From an uncultured Desulfurococcales archaeon (GTDB lineage: Archaea > Thermoproteota > Thermoprotei_A > Sulfolobales > WANQ01): 34,616 nt of DNA. The DNA is taken from contig CAZWTS010000160.1 of NCBI GenBank assembly GCA_964637085.1, positions 1 to 34,616 on the forward strand, in the 5' to 3' direction. The notes beneath the pieces are model-generated. The model made no database searches and was not told where the DNA came from. It saw nothing but the letters and a program-made list of their open reading frames with translations. The translations under genes were made by a program, and so were the position numbers. The stretch's first letter is position 1; each line of letters opens with the position of its first letter. Positions 18,358 through 27,032 of the stretch are shown here, one piece after another.

Positions 18358-18971
18358 TGGATGAATACAATATTGTTATAGCATCAGTAGGGGGACAGGG
18401 AGGTCTCACACTATCTAGAGTAATAGGTCAGGCTGCATTACTCAAAGGGTATCATGTTAGAATAGGGGAGACATTAGGAATGTCACAGCGTGGTGGAATA
18501 GTACAAAGTTATGTAAGAATAGGTGAAAGAGTTGAGTCACCTCTAATAGGTGAGGGAGAAGCTAACGCTATACTAGGACTCGAGCCTGTTGAGACATTGC
18601 GTGCGGCAAGAGTTTACGCAAATAAGAATACGTTGATAATAGTTAACGCGGAACCCATACACACTATTACGACTATTACGGGGAGAGAAAAATATCCTCC
18701 ACTCCTAGACATATTAAACGAGCTCCAAAATATTTCGGATAATGTTATAGTGGTAAACGCTACAGAATATGCTCGAAGTAAAGGGCTCCCCTATTCCACA
18801 AATATAGTTGTATTAGCGGTATTTGCCTCTAAGACGGACATTATAGAACCAGAATACTATGTTAAAGGGATAAAAGCTTTTGTGCGTAGACTAACCAAGG
18901 AAAACATAGAATTATTTAGTAACATTCTAAGGAGTCCAGATAAAGTTATATCAATATTTCGCCACAGGTAG
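18357..18971 (+). CDS. iorB: indolepyruvate:ferredoxin oxidoreductase beta subunit
   Basis: ATG overlaps the iorA stop (TAATG). N-terminus IVIASVGGQGGLTLSRVIG...GETLGMSQRGG is typical of the 2-oxoacid:Fd oxidoreductase gamma-like domain. Confidence 0.88.
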   Translation: MDEYNIVIASVGGQGGLTLSRVIGQAALLKGYHVRIGETLGMSQRGGIVQSYVRIGERVESPLIGEGEANAILGLEPVETLRAARVYANKNTLIIVNAEPIHTITTITGREKYPPLLDILNELQNISDNVIVVNATEYARSKGLPYSTNIVVLAVFASKTDIIEPEYYVKGIKAFVRRLTKENIELFSNILRSPDKVISIFRHR

Positions 18972-18978
18972 AGAGCGA

Positions 18979-19641
18979 CTAAATCTTTTCTAAAAAGATA
19001 TCTACTTTTTCATCATTTACATTTACTAGTGCATAGTAACCCCATTTTAATGGACCGGGGTTAACCATTTTTGTTCTACCTATCTGATCTACTCCCCTAG
19101 ATTCATGTATATGGCCAGTAACAAGCAATAACGGCTGTTTTTCTTCAACAAATTTTCTTACACTAAGGCTTCCAACATGAATGTTATTACGTATTAAATC
19201 GAGTCTAGTATTATACGGGGGATTATGTGCTATCAGTATTAACTTAGAAAGGTCGTCTAGATGTCTTATTGCGTTATTGAGTATTTTGGAATATTCCTCT
19301 TCGCTAAATTCTATGAGGGTTCTAAACGGTGAAATAATGCTTCCACCCACACCAGCGAAAAAGAATTCTCGGAACTTACGATTTCTTCCATGCAAGTTGA
19401 ATATATTTTGCTCTAAATCCTCCCATTGTAATAGACTTGGTGGATCACAATTACCTGGAACAAAGAATACTGGAACCCCAATACGTGTAAGTAATCTCAA
19501 TATTTGTATCGCTCTCTTAAAGGGACCAAAATGTGATATATCGCCTATAACAGCTATTAAATCGATATGATGGATAGTATTTACGAGTTTCTTTACATTA
19601 ACTATAGATGAATGTATGTCCGTTATTGCTAAGATTTTCAC
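18979..19641 (-). CDS. calcineurin-like metallophosphoesterase (YfcE/MJ0936-like)
   Basis: MKILAITDIHS, GDISHFG, PGNCD, AHNPP and GHIHE motifs appear in the canonical order. Confidence 0.8.
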   Translation of the reverse strand: MKILAITDIHSSIVNVKKLVNTIHHIDLIAVIGDISHFGPFKRAIQILRLLTRIGVPVFFVPGNCDPPSLLQWEDLEQNIFNLHGRNRKFREFFFAGVGGSIISPFRTLIEFSEEEYSKILNNAIRHLDDLSKLILIAHNPPYNTRLDLIRNNIHVGSLSVRKFVEEKQPLLLVTGHIHESRGVDQIGRTKMVNPGPLKWGYYALVNVNDEKVDIFLEKI

Positions 19642-19650
19642 GTTATCTAC

Positions 19651-20499
19651 CTATTTTATTAAATAATTCAATATCGATGTAATATGTTCTCTTAAGCCTG
19701 GGAACTCGGTTGGAAAAGGGGGTCTTAGGTATTCCTTTATTGCTGGCTCGATGATATTTGTAGCAGTTTTTATTGCTCCAATAATGCTATAGGAATAGCT
19801 AGTCATACGGGTTAAGAATAATGTGTTATTTATATCGACATTGAATTTTTTATTAAGGAGTACTCTTATTAATTCGAATGGCGAAATTATGCCATGTACT
19901 AACTGATTCTTAATTATAAAGCCGTAGTCACCAAAGATTAATAATTCAATCTCTCTGTCTATATCATCTAAGCTATCTATTATACGAGTTAATAGTGGTA
20001 GTGAAACAGATTGGTCTATTACTAGATGAGTTATCTCTGGATAAACTCTCACTATTCCACGTAATAATTCAATAATCTCGGCATTGTATTGTCCCACTAC
20101 ATATAACATTACATTAGTACTAGTTATTTTGTTTAATGTTTTCGAGAGAACCCTAGATAGGCATAGCTCATTATTACATAACCAATCACTTACATCTAGT
20201 TCTATCATTATGTTATCGTTGATTTCCGCCTTACCGTAGAATTCTACTATTTTATCTATTAGTTCGTCGAGACGGTATTTATAGGACGGGATGTATATGG
20301 TTACTTCTTTATCAATTTTATTTTTGACCCTAGATAATATGTCTATATACTCTTTTAGTGTTAACGTGTATACCTCTCCAATCCAGCTATTAACGAGTAT
20401 TTGACGGTTCTCTAGATAGTTCAAAAGTATATTTAACGCCTTATAGTCTACTTGTAAGTTTTTATTAAATGGAGTTATTAGGGGGATCAATATATTCAT
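19651..20499 (-). CDS. DapA/N-acetylneuraminate lyase-fold (class I aldolase family) protein, apparently lacking the catalytic lysine
   Basis: 282 aa that aligns by eye along the full DapA length: IPLITPF vs VTP(M/F), WIGEV vs GTTGE, MLYVV vs ILYNVP, HGIISP vs HGVISV. The GIKEA Schiff-base position reads LVIDQ. Confidence 0.5.
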   Translation of the reverse strand: MNILIPLITPFNKNLQVDYKALNILLNYLENRQILVNSWIGEVYTLTLKEYIDILSRVKNKIDKEVTIYIPSYKYRLDELIDKIVEFYGKAEINDNIMIELDVSDWLCNNELCLSRVLSKTLNKITSTNVMLYVVGQYNAEIIELLRGIVRVYPEITHLVIDQSVSLPLLTRIIDSLDDIDREIELLIFGDYGFIIKNQLVHGIISPFELIRVLLNKKFNVDINNTLFLTRMTSYSYSIIGAIKTATNIIEPAIKEYLRPPFPTEFPGLREHITSILNYLIK

Positions 20500-20624
20500 T
20501 GACTTCTATCACCAGTTATTCTCGTTATTATTCGGATTTTACAGAGATAGAAATATTATATATAAGGTATCTGGGCTCCTTAATCAATATTGTAGTAATA
20601 ACACACTAGATTCGGTGGTTAGTA

Positions 20625-21182
20625 ATGTATGTTTGTGAAGATCTTAAGCTGATCGTAACCACTAAACCTGGTAAAGAAAAAGTAGTCGAGAACCAGGTTG
20701 GAGACTCTATATATCTAAATGATCCCGGTATTAAAATAATCCATACACGCTTCTCAGGTGTGCTATTGATTTATACTAAACTTAATCCTTGGAAAGCCTT
20801 TTGGCTTGTAAATACTTACCCTATACATGGTGCATCACGTATTATACCTGTAGAGTGTTGCTCGCATAGTAGGATTAGCGAGGTCATTGAGTGTGTTAAG
20901 AGGTTATTAAGTAAGGGAAGAGAATATGAGGGTAAAATAGGTGTAGAGATAACAATAAGAGGTAATTTTATTAATAAAAATGAATTGAAAAATAGTATTT
21001 ATAGAGTAATCAGAGAGTTAGGATTAAAGATAGTATTCAAGAACGTGAAATACGAGCTTAAAGTAGAGGTTATAGATAATATTGTAGGAGTATCTGTTAT
21101 GCCTTGGAGAATGGATAGAGTTTCAAGAAGAATTAAAGAATGGATTAAACGTTTAGGCATTAGCAATTCAACTCCATTCTAA
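20625..21182 (+). CDS. stand-alone THUMP-like domain protein (putative RNA-binding)
   Basis: 185 aa. The N-terminus LKLIVTTKPGKEKVVENQVGD resembles the ferredoxin-like module preceding THUMP. The C-terminal KIGVEITIRGNF...KIVFKNVKYELKVEVIDNIVGVSV resembles the THUMP core. By-eye call. Confidence 0.5.
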   Translation: MYVCEDLKLIVTTKPGKEKVVENQVGDSIYLNDPGIKIIHTRFSGVLLIYTKLNPWKAFWLVNTYPIHGASRIIPVECCSHSRISEVIECVKRLLSKGREYEGKIGVEITIRGNFINKNELKNSIYRVIRELGLKIVFKNVKYELKVEVIDNIVGVSVMPWRMDRVSRRIKEWIKRLGISNSTPF

Positions 21183-21204
21183 CCTAGATCGACTACGTAG
21201 AAGA

Positions 21205-21267
21205 GGGCTCTGTCGCGCCGACCTTCATCATTTTGATCGTCAGACTCGGGTTCTGTCGTCACTGCCC
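21205..21267 (-). ncRNA. C/D box sRNA candidate (2'-O-methylation guide)
   Basis: Minus strand reads GGGC-AG-UGACGA... in full: GGGC A GUGACGA CAGAACCCGAGU CUGA CGAUCAAA AUGAUGA AGGUCGGCGCGA CAGA GCCC. It has a 4-bp terminal stem, two exact 12-nt guide spacers, and canonical D' (CUGA) and C' (AUGAUGA) boxes. A 3-nt bulge precedes the GA of box C. It sits in a GC-rich island within an AT-rich spacer, with an AT-rich TATA-like stretch about 27 nt upstream. Confidence 0.68.
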
Positions 21268-21365
21268 GTATAATGTACTATTGTAGTAGGTTAATAATTA
21301 TAAATCAAAGAGAATTAACTTCTTAAATCCCTTAAAACAGTTGTGTAGGGAGGGTGTGAAAAACG

Positions 21366-23510
21366 ATGAGTCTACTAAGTATAGCTACTACACTGGGTAT
21401 AATTGCAGGGTTAGCCTCAATACTATATGTATTATTACTAATATATATGATATTGAAGATAAGAGTTCCGGAAGACAAAGCTGCGGAAATCCACGGGTAT
21501 ATTAAGAGTGCAGCAGTAACGTATATGAAGAGACAGTATGGTGTTATTCTAACAATAGCAGTAATAGTAGCTCTACTAATTATAGGGGCTGGAATAGCTG
21601 GTGGAAGTACATTAATGTTAAAGACCGGGCTAGCGTATTTTGCTGGTGCGTTAAGCTCGACTCTTGTGGGAGTTCTAGGAATGTATATAGCTGTTCTAAG
21701 CAACGTGAGAGTCCTTAGAATACTAGTTGATCAAGGATTATCAAAAGCCTTAAGAGTAGCCTTTCGCGGTGGAGCAGTAACAGGCTTCATGGTAGGTGGC
21801 ATAGGTCTACTAGGGATATCATTGCTATTTATTGCATTCGGAGGATTAGGAGAATCATATAGTGAGGCTGTAAAAGCACTACTTGGGTACGCTTTTGGTG
21901 CAAGTACAGTAGCATTATTTGCAAGGGTGGGAGGCGGTATTTACACCAAGGCAGCCGACGTCGGAGCCGACCTTGTCGGAAAAGTAGAAGTGGGAATACC
22001 AGAAGATGATCCAAGGAATCCTGGAGTAATAGCAGACAATGTCGGAGACAACGTGGGTGATTGTGCCGGTATGAGTGCTGATCTTTTCGAATCATATGTT
22101 GAAAGCGTTGTAGCAGCTATGGCAATAGGAATGCTTATCGGTGGTGCAGTCGAGCTCTCATTAATAGCCTATCCATTAATCTTTGCGGCGTCAGCGTTAT
22201 TAACTACCATACTTACTGCTCAATTCGTCGAATTATCGCCATTTAAGGAACCTTCTAAGACATTAACAACGACCTCTCTAGTAAGCATTATAGGTGTAGC
22301 CATAGTGACGTTAGCATTATCATTAATGTACTCGGATAAAGTCGAAATACCTTTAATGAATTTATGGATAGCTGGTATAATGGGACTTATAGCGGGAGGA
22401 ATAGTAGGATTTACGTCAGACTACTTTACATCAGGTTCGTATAAACCTGTGAAAATAGTGGCTTCGAGCTCACAAGCGGGGCCGGCATTAACGATTCTTA
22501 GCGGACTTTCAATGGGATTCTATAGTACTGTGGCACCAACTATCGCAATAGCAGTTGCTACATTTATAGCATATTATATAGGCTCAACGACGCTGGCGGT
22601 GTTTTCACCGCTAATAGGGGGAGTATATGCAGTAGCACTAGCTGGTGTAGGAATGTTATCAGTAGCAAGCATAATAGTTGCTGCAGATGCTTATGGACCT
22701 ATTGTTGATAATACAGCGGGATTAGCAGAGCAAGCAGGTTACCCAGAAGAGATACGTGAACAAGCGGATAAGCTAGACTCAGCTGGAAACACTATGAAAT
22801 CTATATCTAAGGGTTATGCTATAGGGTCGGCAGCATTAACGTCGCTTGCCTTACTATTCACATACGCATCTCTTCTCAAAGACTATGCGGCATCAATGAA
22901 AATTAGCTTTAACATTGAAAGCGTATTCACTATAACCAGACCCGACGTCTTAGCGGGTCTCCTAATAGGTGCAGCTATACCAGCATTCTTTACAGCATTA
23001 GTGATTCAAGCTGTTACGGCAGCGGCATTCGCCCTAGTAGAGGAAATTAGAAGACAGTTTAGGGAAAGACCTGGCATTCTCGAATGGAAGGAGAAACCAG
23101 ATTATAATAGGGCCGTAGATATAGTTACACGCTATGCGTTGAAACGGCTAATAGCGCCTGGAGTATTAGCCCTCATCACACCAATAATAGTTGGTACAAT
23201 CCTAGGTCCCATAGCATTAGGCGGTATGTTGATGGGTGCTATAATAACAGGTTTGCTGCTAGGTTTGTTCCAAGGTAATGTAGGTAATACTTGGGACAAT
23301 GCAAAGAAATTCATAGAAGCTGGAAACTTTGGAGGAAAGGGGTCAGAAGCCCACAAAGCGGCGGTAATAGGCGATACTGTTGGCGATCCTTTAAAGGATG
23401 CAGCAGGGCCTTCATTAAACATATTAATAAAGTTAATGGCTATAGGATCTTCAGTGTTCCTACCATTAATAATACTACTTAGACTAGCACTAGGGCTACC
23501 GCCAATATAA
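21366..23510 (+). CDS. hppA: membrane-bound H+-translocating pyrophosphatase, K+-independent type
   Basis: 714 aa and polytopic. Motifs GGGIYTKAADVGADLVGKVE, DPRNPGVIADNVGDNVGDCAGM and VIGDTVGDPLKD. GNTMKSISKG has Lys at the position (codon 22797-22799) that distinguishes K+-independent from K+-dependent enzymes. A GGAGGGTG SD-like element lies upstream. Confidence 0.93.
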   Translation: MSLLSIATTLGIIAGLASILYVLLLIYMILKIRVPEDKAAEIHGYIKSAAVTYMKRQYGVILTIAVIVALLIIGAGIAGGSTLMLKTGLAYFAGALSSTLVGVLGMYIAVLSNVRVLRILVDQGLSKALRVAFRGGAVTGFMVGGIGLLGISLLFIAFGGLGESYSEAVKALLGYAFGASTVALFARVGGGIYTKAADVGADLVGKVEVGIPEDDPRNPGVIADNVGDNVGDCAGMSADLFESYVESVVAAMAIGMLIGGAVELSLIAYPLIFAASALLTTILTAQFVELSPFKEPSKTLTTTSLVSIIGVAIVTLALSLMYSDKVEIPLMNLWIAGIMGLIAGGIVGFTSDYFTSGSYKPVKIVASSSQAGPALTILSGLSMGFYSTVAPTIAIAVATFIAYYIGSTTLAVFSPLIGGVYAVALAGVGMLSVASIIVAADAYGPIVDNTAGLAEQAGYPEEIREQADKLDSAGNTMKSISKGYAIGSAALTSLALLFTYASLLKDYAASMKISFNIESVFTITRPDVLAGLLIGAAIPAFFTALVIQAVTAAAFALVEEIRRQFRERPGILEWKEKPDYNRAVDIVTRYALKRLIAPGVLALITPIIVGTILGPIALGGMLMGAIITGLLLGLFQGNVGNTWDNAKKFIEAGNFGGKGSEAHKAAVIGDTVGDPLKDAAGPSLNILIKLMAIGSSVFLPLIILLRLALGLPPI

Positions 23511-23611
23511 TAAAGTAAAATTTTCACCTATTGCATCATATATTATTTTATTGTAATAAACAATTTTTACTCCCAGTGAGAGATCATTATACTATGTAAG
23601 CGTGAAGCAGA

Positions 23612-24382
23612 ATGTATAACTTATCATCAGTATCTTATATTGATGCACATTGTCATTTGTACGAATACAGTTTAGATGAAATCAAAGAGATTGTAAAGAG
23701 TACTCTCGTTTTTGCAGTGTCAGACGAAATGGATTCAGCTATAAAGACGGTGAATATCTCTAAAAAATTCGATAATGTCTTTCCGGGTCTAGGCATGCAT
23801 CCCTGGGTTATAGAACATGATGTATCGTTTCGGGAAGCTCTAGGAGCTATAGAATATTATAGAGAACATATTGATAACGTAAAAATGCTCGGAGAGATAG
23901 GTCTTGACACCTATTTTAGAAAGGATACGTTAGATAAACAGTTGGTGATATTTAGAGAATTAGTTAAAATTGCAGCCGAATACAAGTTACTAGTAAATAT
24001 TCATGCTTTAGGTGCATGGAGAAAAGTACTCGACGAATTGTATAGGAATGATGTTCCGGTAGCAATATTACATTGGTATAGTGGACCCATAGATATGATA
24101 GAGGATCTAGAGAGTCTAGGATATTACATAACAATAAATCCATCCGTCGAATTCCAGAAAAAACATAGAGAAGTATTAAAGAAGGCACCGATATCAATAA
24201 TATTAACCGAGAGTGACGGACCATACGAATATCGTGGGAGAAAACTAGGGCCTTCGCTTATACCATGGCTCGTCCATACGATATCTATAATAAAGGAAGT
24301 AGACCATAACAAATTATTGGAAATATTAAAGAATAATGTAATAAGGATTTTTAAAACGATAGGAGTAGAATACAGTGTCTAG
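23612..24382 (+). CDS. TatD-family metal-dependent hydrolase
   Basis: YIDAHCHL at the N-terminus, EIGLD, NIHA and HWYSG motifs in TatD order. Confidence 0.8.
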   Translation: MYNLSSVSYIDAHCHLYEYSLDEIKEIVKSTLVFAVSDEMDSAIKTVNISKKFDNVFPGLGMHPWVIEHDVSFREALGAIEYYREHIDNVKMLGEIGLDTYFRKDTLDKQLVIFRELVKIAAEYKLLVNIHALGAWRKVLDELYRNDVPVAILHWYSGPIDMIEDLESLGYYITINPSVEFQKKHREVLKKAPISIILTESDGPYEYRGRKLGPSLIPWLVHTISIIKEVDHNKLLEILKNNVIRIFKTIGVEYSV

Positions 24383-24384
24383 CA

Positions 24385-25482
24385 TTAAAGTACTTGTATT
24401 TTAACGTCTCGCATAGGTGTAGTAAACCTTAATTTCTCTCCCGTTTCGAGTATGGCTTTAATGGACTCTACTTCACCTCTATATATGATTATTATGCATG
24501 GGCCTTCTCTGCATTCGATTTCACCACCATGTATAAATGTTTTCACTTTTCTCCGTCTCAATAAAGCTAATACAGTATCAGTATTGTTTCTGAATATTCT
24601 CTCTAGTAGTATCTCGAGTTTATCTGCACATGTTTCCAGAACATACTCTAATAATTCTTTTATAACATTGTATCCGTAAAACTTGGCTAGGCCAAAATAC
24701 GTGTTTTCATTTATTATGTTGTCATCTCTATTATATATTAACGATATAACTGTATTAATGAGATGTTCGGGGTTTTCTATAATATTGGTGTTCCTTATTA
24801 TACTTTTAACTAAAAGCTCGAGGAGACTATTTTCAGACAATTCTCTCGTGAGTACTATATTTGTTGATATAGTTGCATTAATTTTATCGTTATATACAAA
24901 TATTGGTCTTTTCCAAGGTACTAGGTCTTTACTTTTAGAATATATATTTCTTATTAGGGTTCTAATTTTTTCCAGTTGATCTATTCTTACTGTAGCAACT
25001 ATATAGTTCTTATCATCATATATCAAGTATTCATCGATTGAGAGAATGTATTCTTGTCTCGGCAGATGACTAATCCACCTACTATAACCGTATTTTCCCC
25101 ATACATGATAACCGTATATTGGAGCATTCATAATAGACTTATAGGGCATAGGGGTCCTAATAGTAGCATCAATAGTAAAACATGCTTGTGGAGAAATAAT
25201 CCAGTCTCGAAATAATATTTTCCCGCCAGCAATCTGGTACTGTAGCTCTATTTTTGTTGACCCCCCACTTGATTCTATGAGTAAATGTTTTTCTTCCTCA
25301 CTAGTAATTCTCCACGGGTTCTTTATTTCTAAATTGAGAATATTTGATGGTTTAGTTAGGCTTAATTGTTCGAGTTTTGTAGGTAGCTCTATTATTTCAT
25401 AAATTGTTAATTTGTCGTTATACTCGGCATTTAAAATAACGTGTGGAACCTTCCTACCCAGTAGAGACATGACATTCTCCAA
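24385..25482 (-). CDS. hypothetical protein (orphan, 365 aa)
   Basis: Long uninterrupted ORF with no competing frame, divergent from mgtE. No motif I can assign. Confidence 0.55.
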   Translation of the reverse strand: MENVMSLLGRKVPHVILNAEYNDKLTIYEIIELPTKLEQLSLTKPSNILNLEIKNPWRITSEEEKHLLIESSGGSTKIELQYQIAGGKILFRDWIISPQACFTIDATIRTPMPYKSIMNAPIYGYHVWGKYGYSRWISHLPRQEYILSIDEYLIYDDKNYIVATVRIDQLEKIRTLIRNIYSKSKDLVPWKRPIFVYNDKINATISTNIVLTRELSENSLLELLVKSIIRNTNIIENPEHLINTVISLIYNRDDNIINENTYFGLAKFYGYNVIKELLEYVLETCADKLEILLERIFRNNTDTVLALLRRRKVKTFIHGGEIECREGPCIIIIYRGEVESIKAILETGEKLRFTTPMRDVKIQVL

Positions 25483-25552
25483 TACACTAGTAAGGGGTTA
25501 GGATTTTATAAAGAAGATTGTAGTCAAAGATACAAAGACTGAACTATGCAGG

Positions 25553-26926
25553 GTGACATGGTTGAGCGAGGTAGGAGACATCGAGCGCGTATTAGAGGAG
25601 GTAAGAAGAGAGCTAGAGAGAAGTACTGGGTATCCGAGCATACTAACGAGTCTTAGACCGCAAGATCTAATTGATATATTTGAGCGATTAGATTCAGATG
25701 AAAGACGTAGGCTGGCTGTTCTTATTCCAGACAACATATATATAGAGATAATATCCAGACTTCCGCAGCAGATTCTACTAGATGTTATAAAGGTTATTGG
25801 TCCAGCACGATTAGCTAGAATAGTAGTAGATCTACCTCCCGACGAAGTAGCAGACCTACTAGTAAAACTACCACCTACTTACCGTAGAGCATTATTAAAG
25901 GAGCTCCCATTATGGAAGCTTGAAGAGGTAAAACCTCTACTAGCTTATCCTCCTGAAAGTGCTGGTGGAGTAATGACGACTAGAATACCATTATTTCACT
26001 ATGAACAGCTCGTTGATGAAGCAGTAAAAGAATTTGTTATACGGTTAAAGTTCGAGGAATATGAAACATCTCGTTACATCTATGTTGTAGACGATGAGGG
26101 TAAACTCGTCGGTATTATAGATGTAAAAGTGTTTCTAACGTCGCCTCGCAATAAGAAGCTAAAAGAGGTAATGTCTAGGAATTTTGTTGCAGTAAAAGCA
26201 AGCATGGATCAAGAGGAAGTAATAAAACTAGTAGTAAAATATGATTTAGACGAAGTACCAGTAGTAGATGAGAACGGTAAACTCTTGGGCGCAATAAGCG
26301 CTGACGACTTAATGGATGTTATAGTAGCTGAGGCCTCCGAAGATATAGTAAAGTTTGGTGGTATGCCTAAGATTAGAGAGCCCTACTTAACTGCGCGTGT
26401 AGTAGAACTTGTAAAGAAAAGAGCAGTGTGGTTGATATTTCTTTATTTGACGGAGGCTGTTACCATAAGTATTTTGAGCTTCTACGAGAAAGTACTGGCC
26501 TCAGTTATTGCTTTATCATTCTTTATACCATTGTTAACTGATACAGGAGGTAATGCTGGTTCACAATCAGCGACCTTAGTTATACGCTCCCTAGCTACTG
26601 GTGAAATAAGGTTTAGTGATATACCGAGAATAATAATTAAGGAATCTTCAACTTCTCTATTATTAGGATTAATACTTTCACCTCTTGCATTTACTTTAAG
26701 TTATTCAATAGCACATAACATTAATGTCTCGACAGTTGTATCACTCGCAATAATACTAGTAGTATTTGTTGCAAGTATGATAGGAGCTCTTCTCCCCCTA
26801 ATTGCTGCCCGTATAGGAATAGACCCAGCTGTTATCTCTGCACCTCTAATAACGACTATAGCTGATTCAATAGGGCTTACACTATATTTTACGCTCGCAA
26901 TAATCCTTTTGGGGATAAAGTTCTAG
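25553..26926 (+). CDS. mgtE: magnesium transporter MgtE
   Basis: N-terminal MgtE_N-like acidic helical domain, a CBS pair (VMTTRIP..., VMSRNFVAV...VPVVDENGKLLGAIS), and a C-terminal membrane domain with LTDTGGNAGSQSATLVIRSLATGEI. GTG start. Confidence 0.9.
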   Translation: MTWLSEVGDIERVLEEVRRELERSTGYPSILTSLRPQDLIDIFERLDSDERRRLAVLIPDNIYIEIISRLPQQILLDVIKVIGPARLARIVVDLPPDEVADLLVKLPPTYRRALLKELPLWKLEEVKPLLAYPPESAGGVMTTRIPLFHYEQLVDEAVKEFVIRLKFEEYETSRYIYVVDDEGKLVGIIDVKVFLTSPRNKKLKEVMSRNFVAVKASMDQEEVIKLVVKYDLDEVPVVDENGKLLGAISADDLMDVIVAEASEDIVKFGGMPKIREPYLTARVVELVKKRAVWLIFLYLTEAVTISILSFYEKVLASVIALSFFIPLLTDTGGNAGSQSATLVIRSLATGEIRFSDIPRIIIKESSTSLLLGLILSPLAFTLSYSIAHNINVSTVVSLAIILVVFVASMIGALLPLIAARIGIDPAVISAPLITTIADSIGLTLYFTLAIILLGIKF

Positions 26927-27032
26927 GAAATAGCCCTTAAACTCAATATTGTTTATGATATTTCTGGCTATGCGGGTATATTTTTTAGAGGGCGTATAAT
27001 CCGAATACAATAGAGTATTAATTTAGGGGTAG

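Noticed and set aside
21186-21267. GC-rich island considered as a tRNA or tRNA fragment
   Set aside because: No acceptor/T-arm/anticodon cloverleaf can be drawn and there is no GTTCRANYC-like T-loop. The C/D sRNA architecture explains the conserved-looking boxes and spacings.
21332-21703. 123-aa minus-strand ORF overlapping the start of hppA. The same applies to other antisense track ORFs: 23132-23527(-), 29696-30106(+), 19181-19570(+), 10879-11223(-), 11655-11987(-), 24683-24979(+), 27793-28095(-), 28120-28431(-).
   Set aside because: Each lies wholly or largely inside, and antisense to, a strongly supported conserved gene. Each has low-complexity or hydrophobic shadow-frame composition and no motifs, so I treat them as shadow ORFs.
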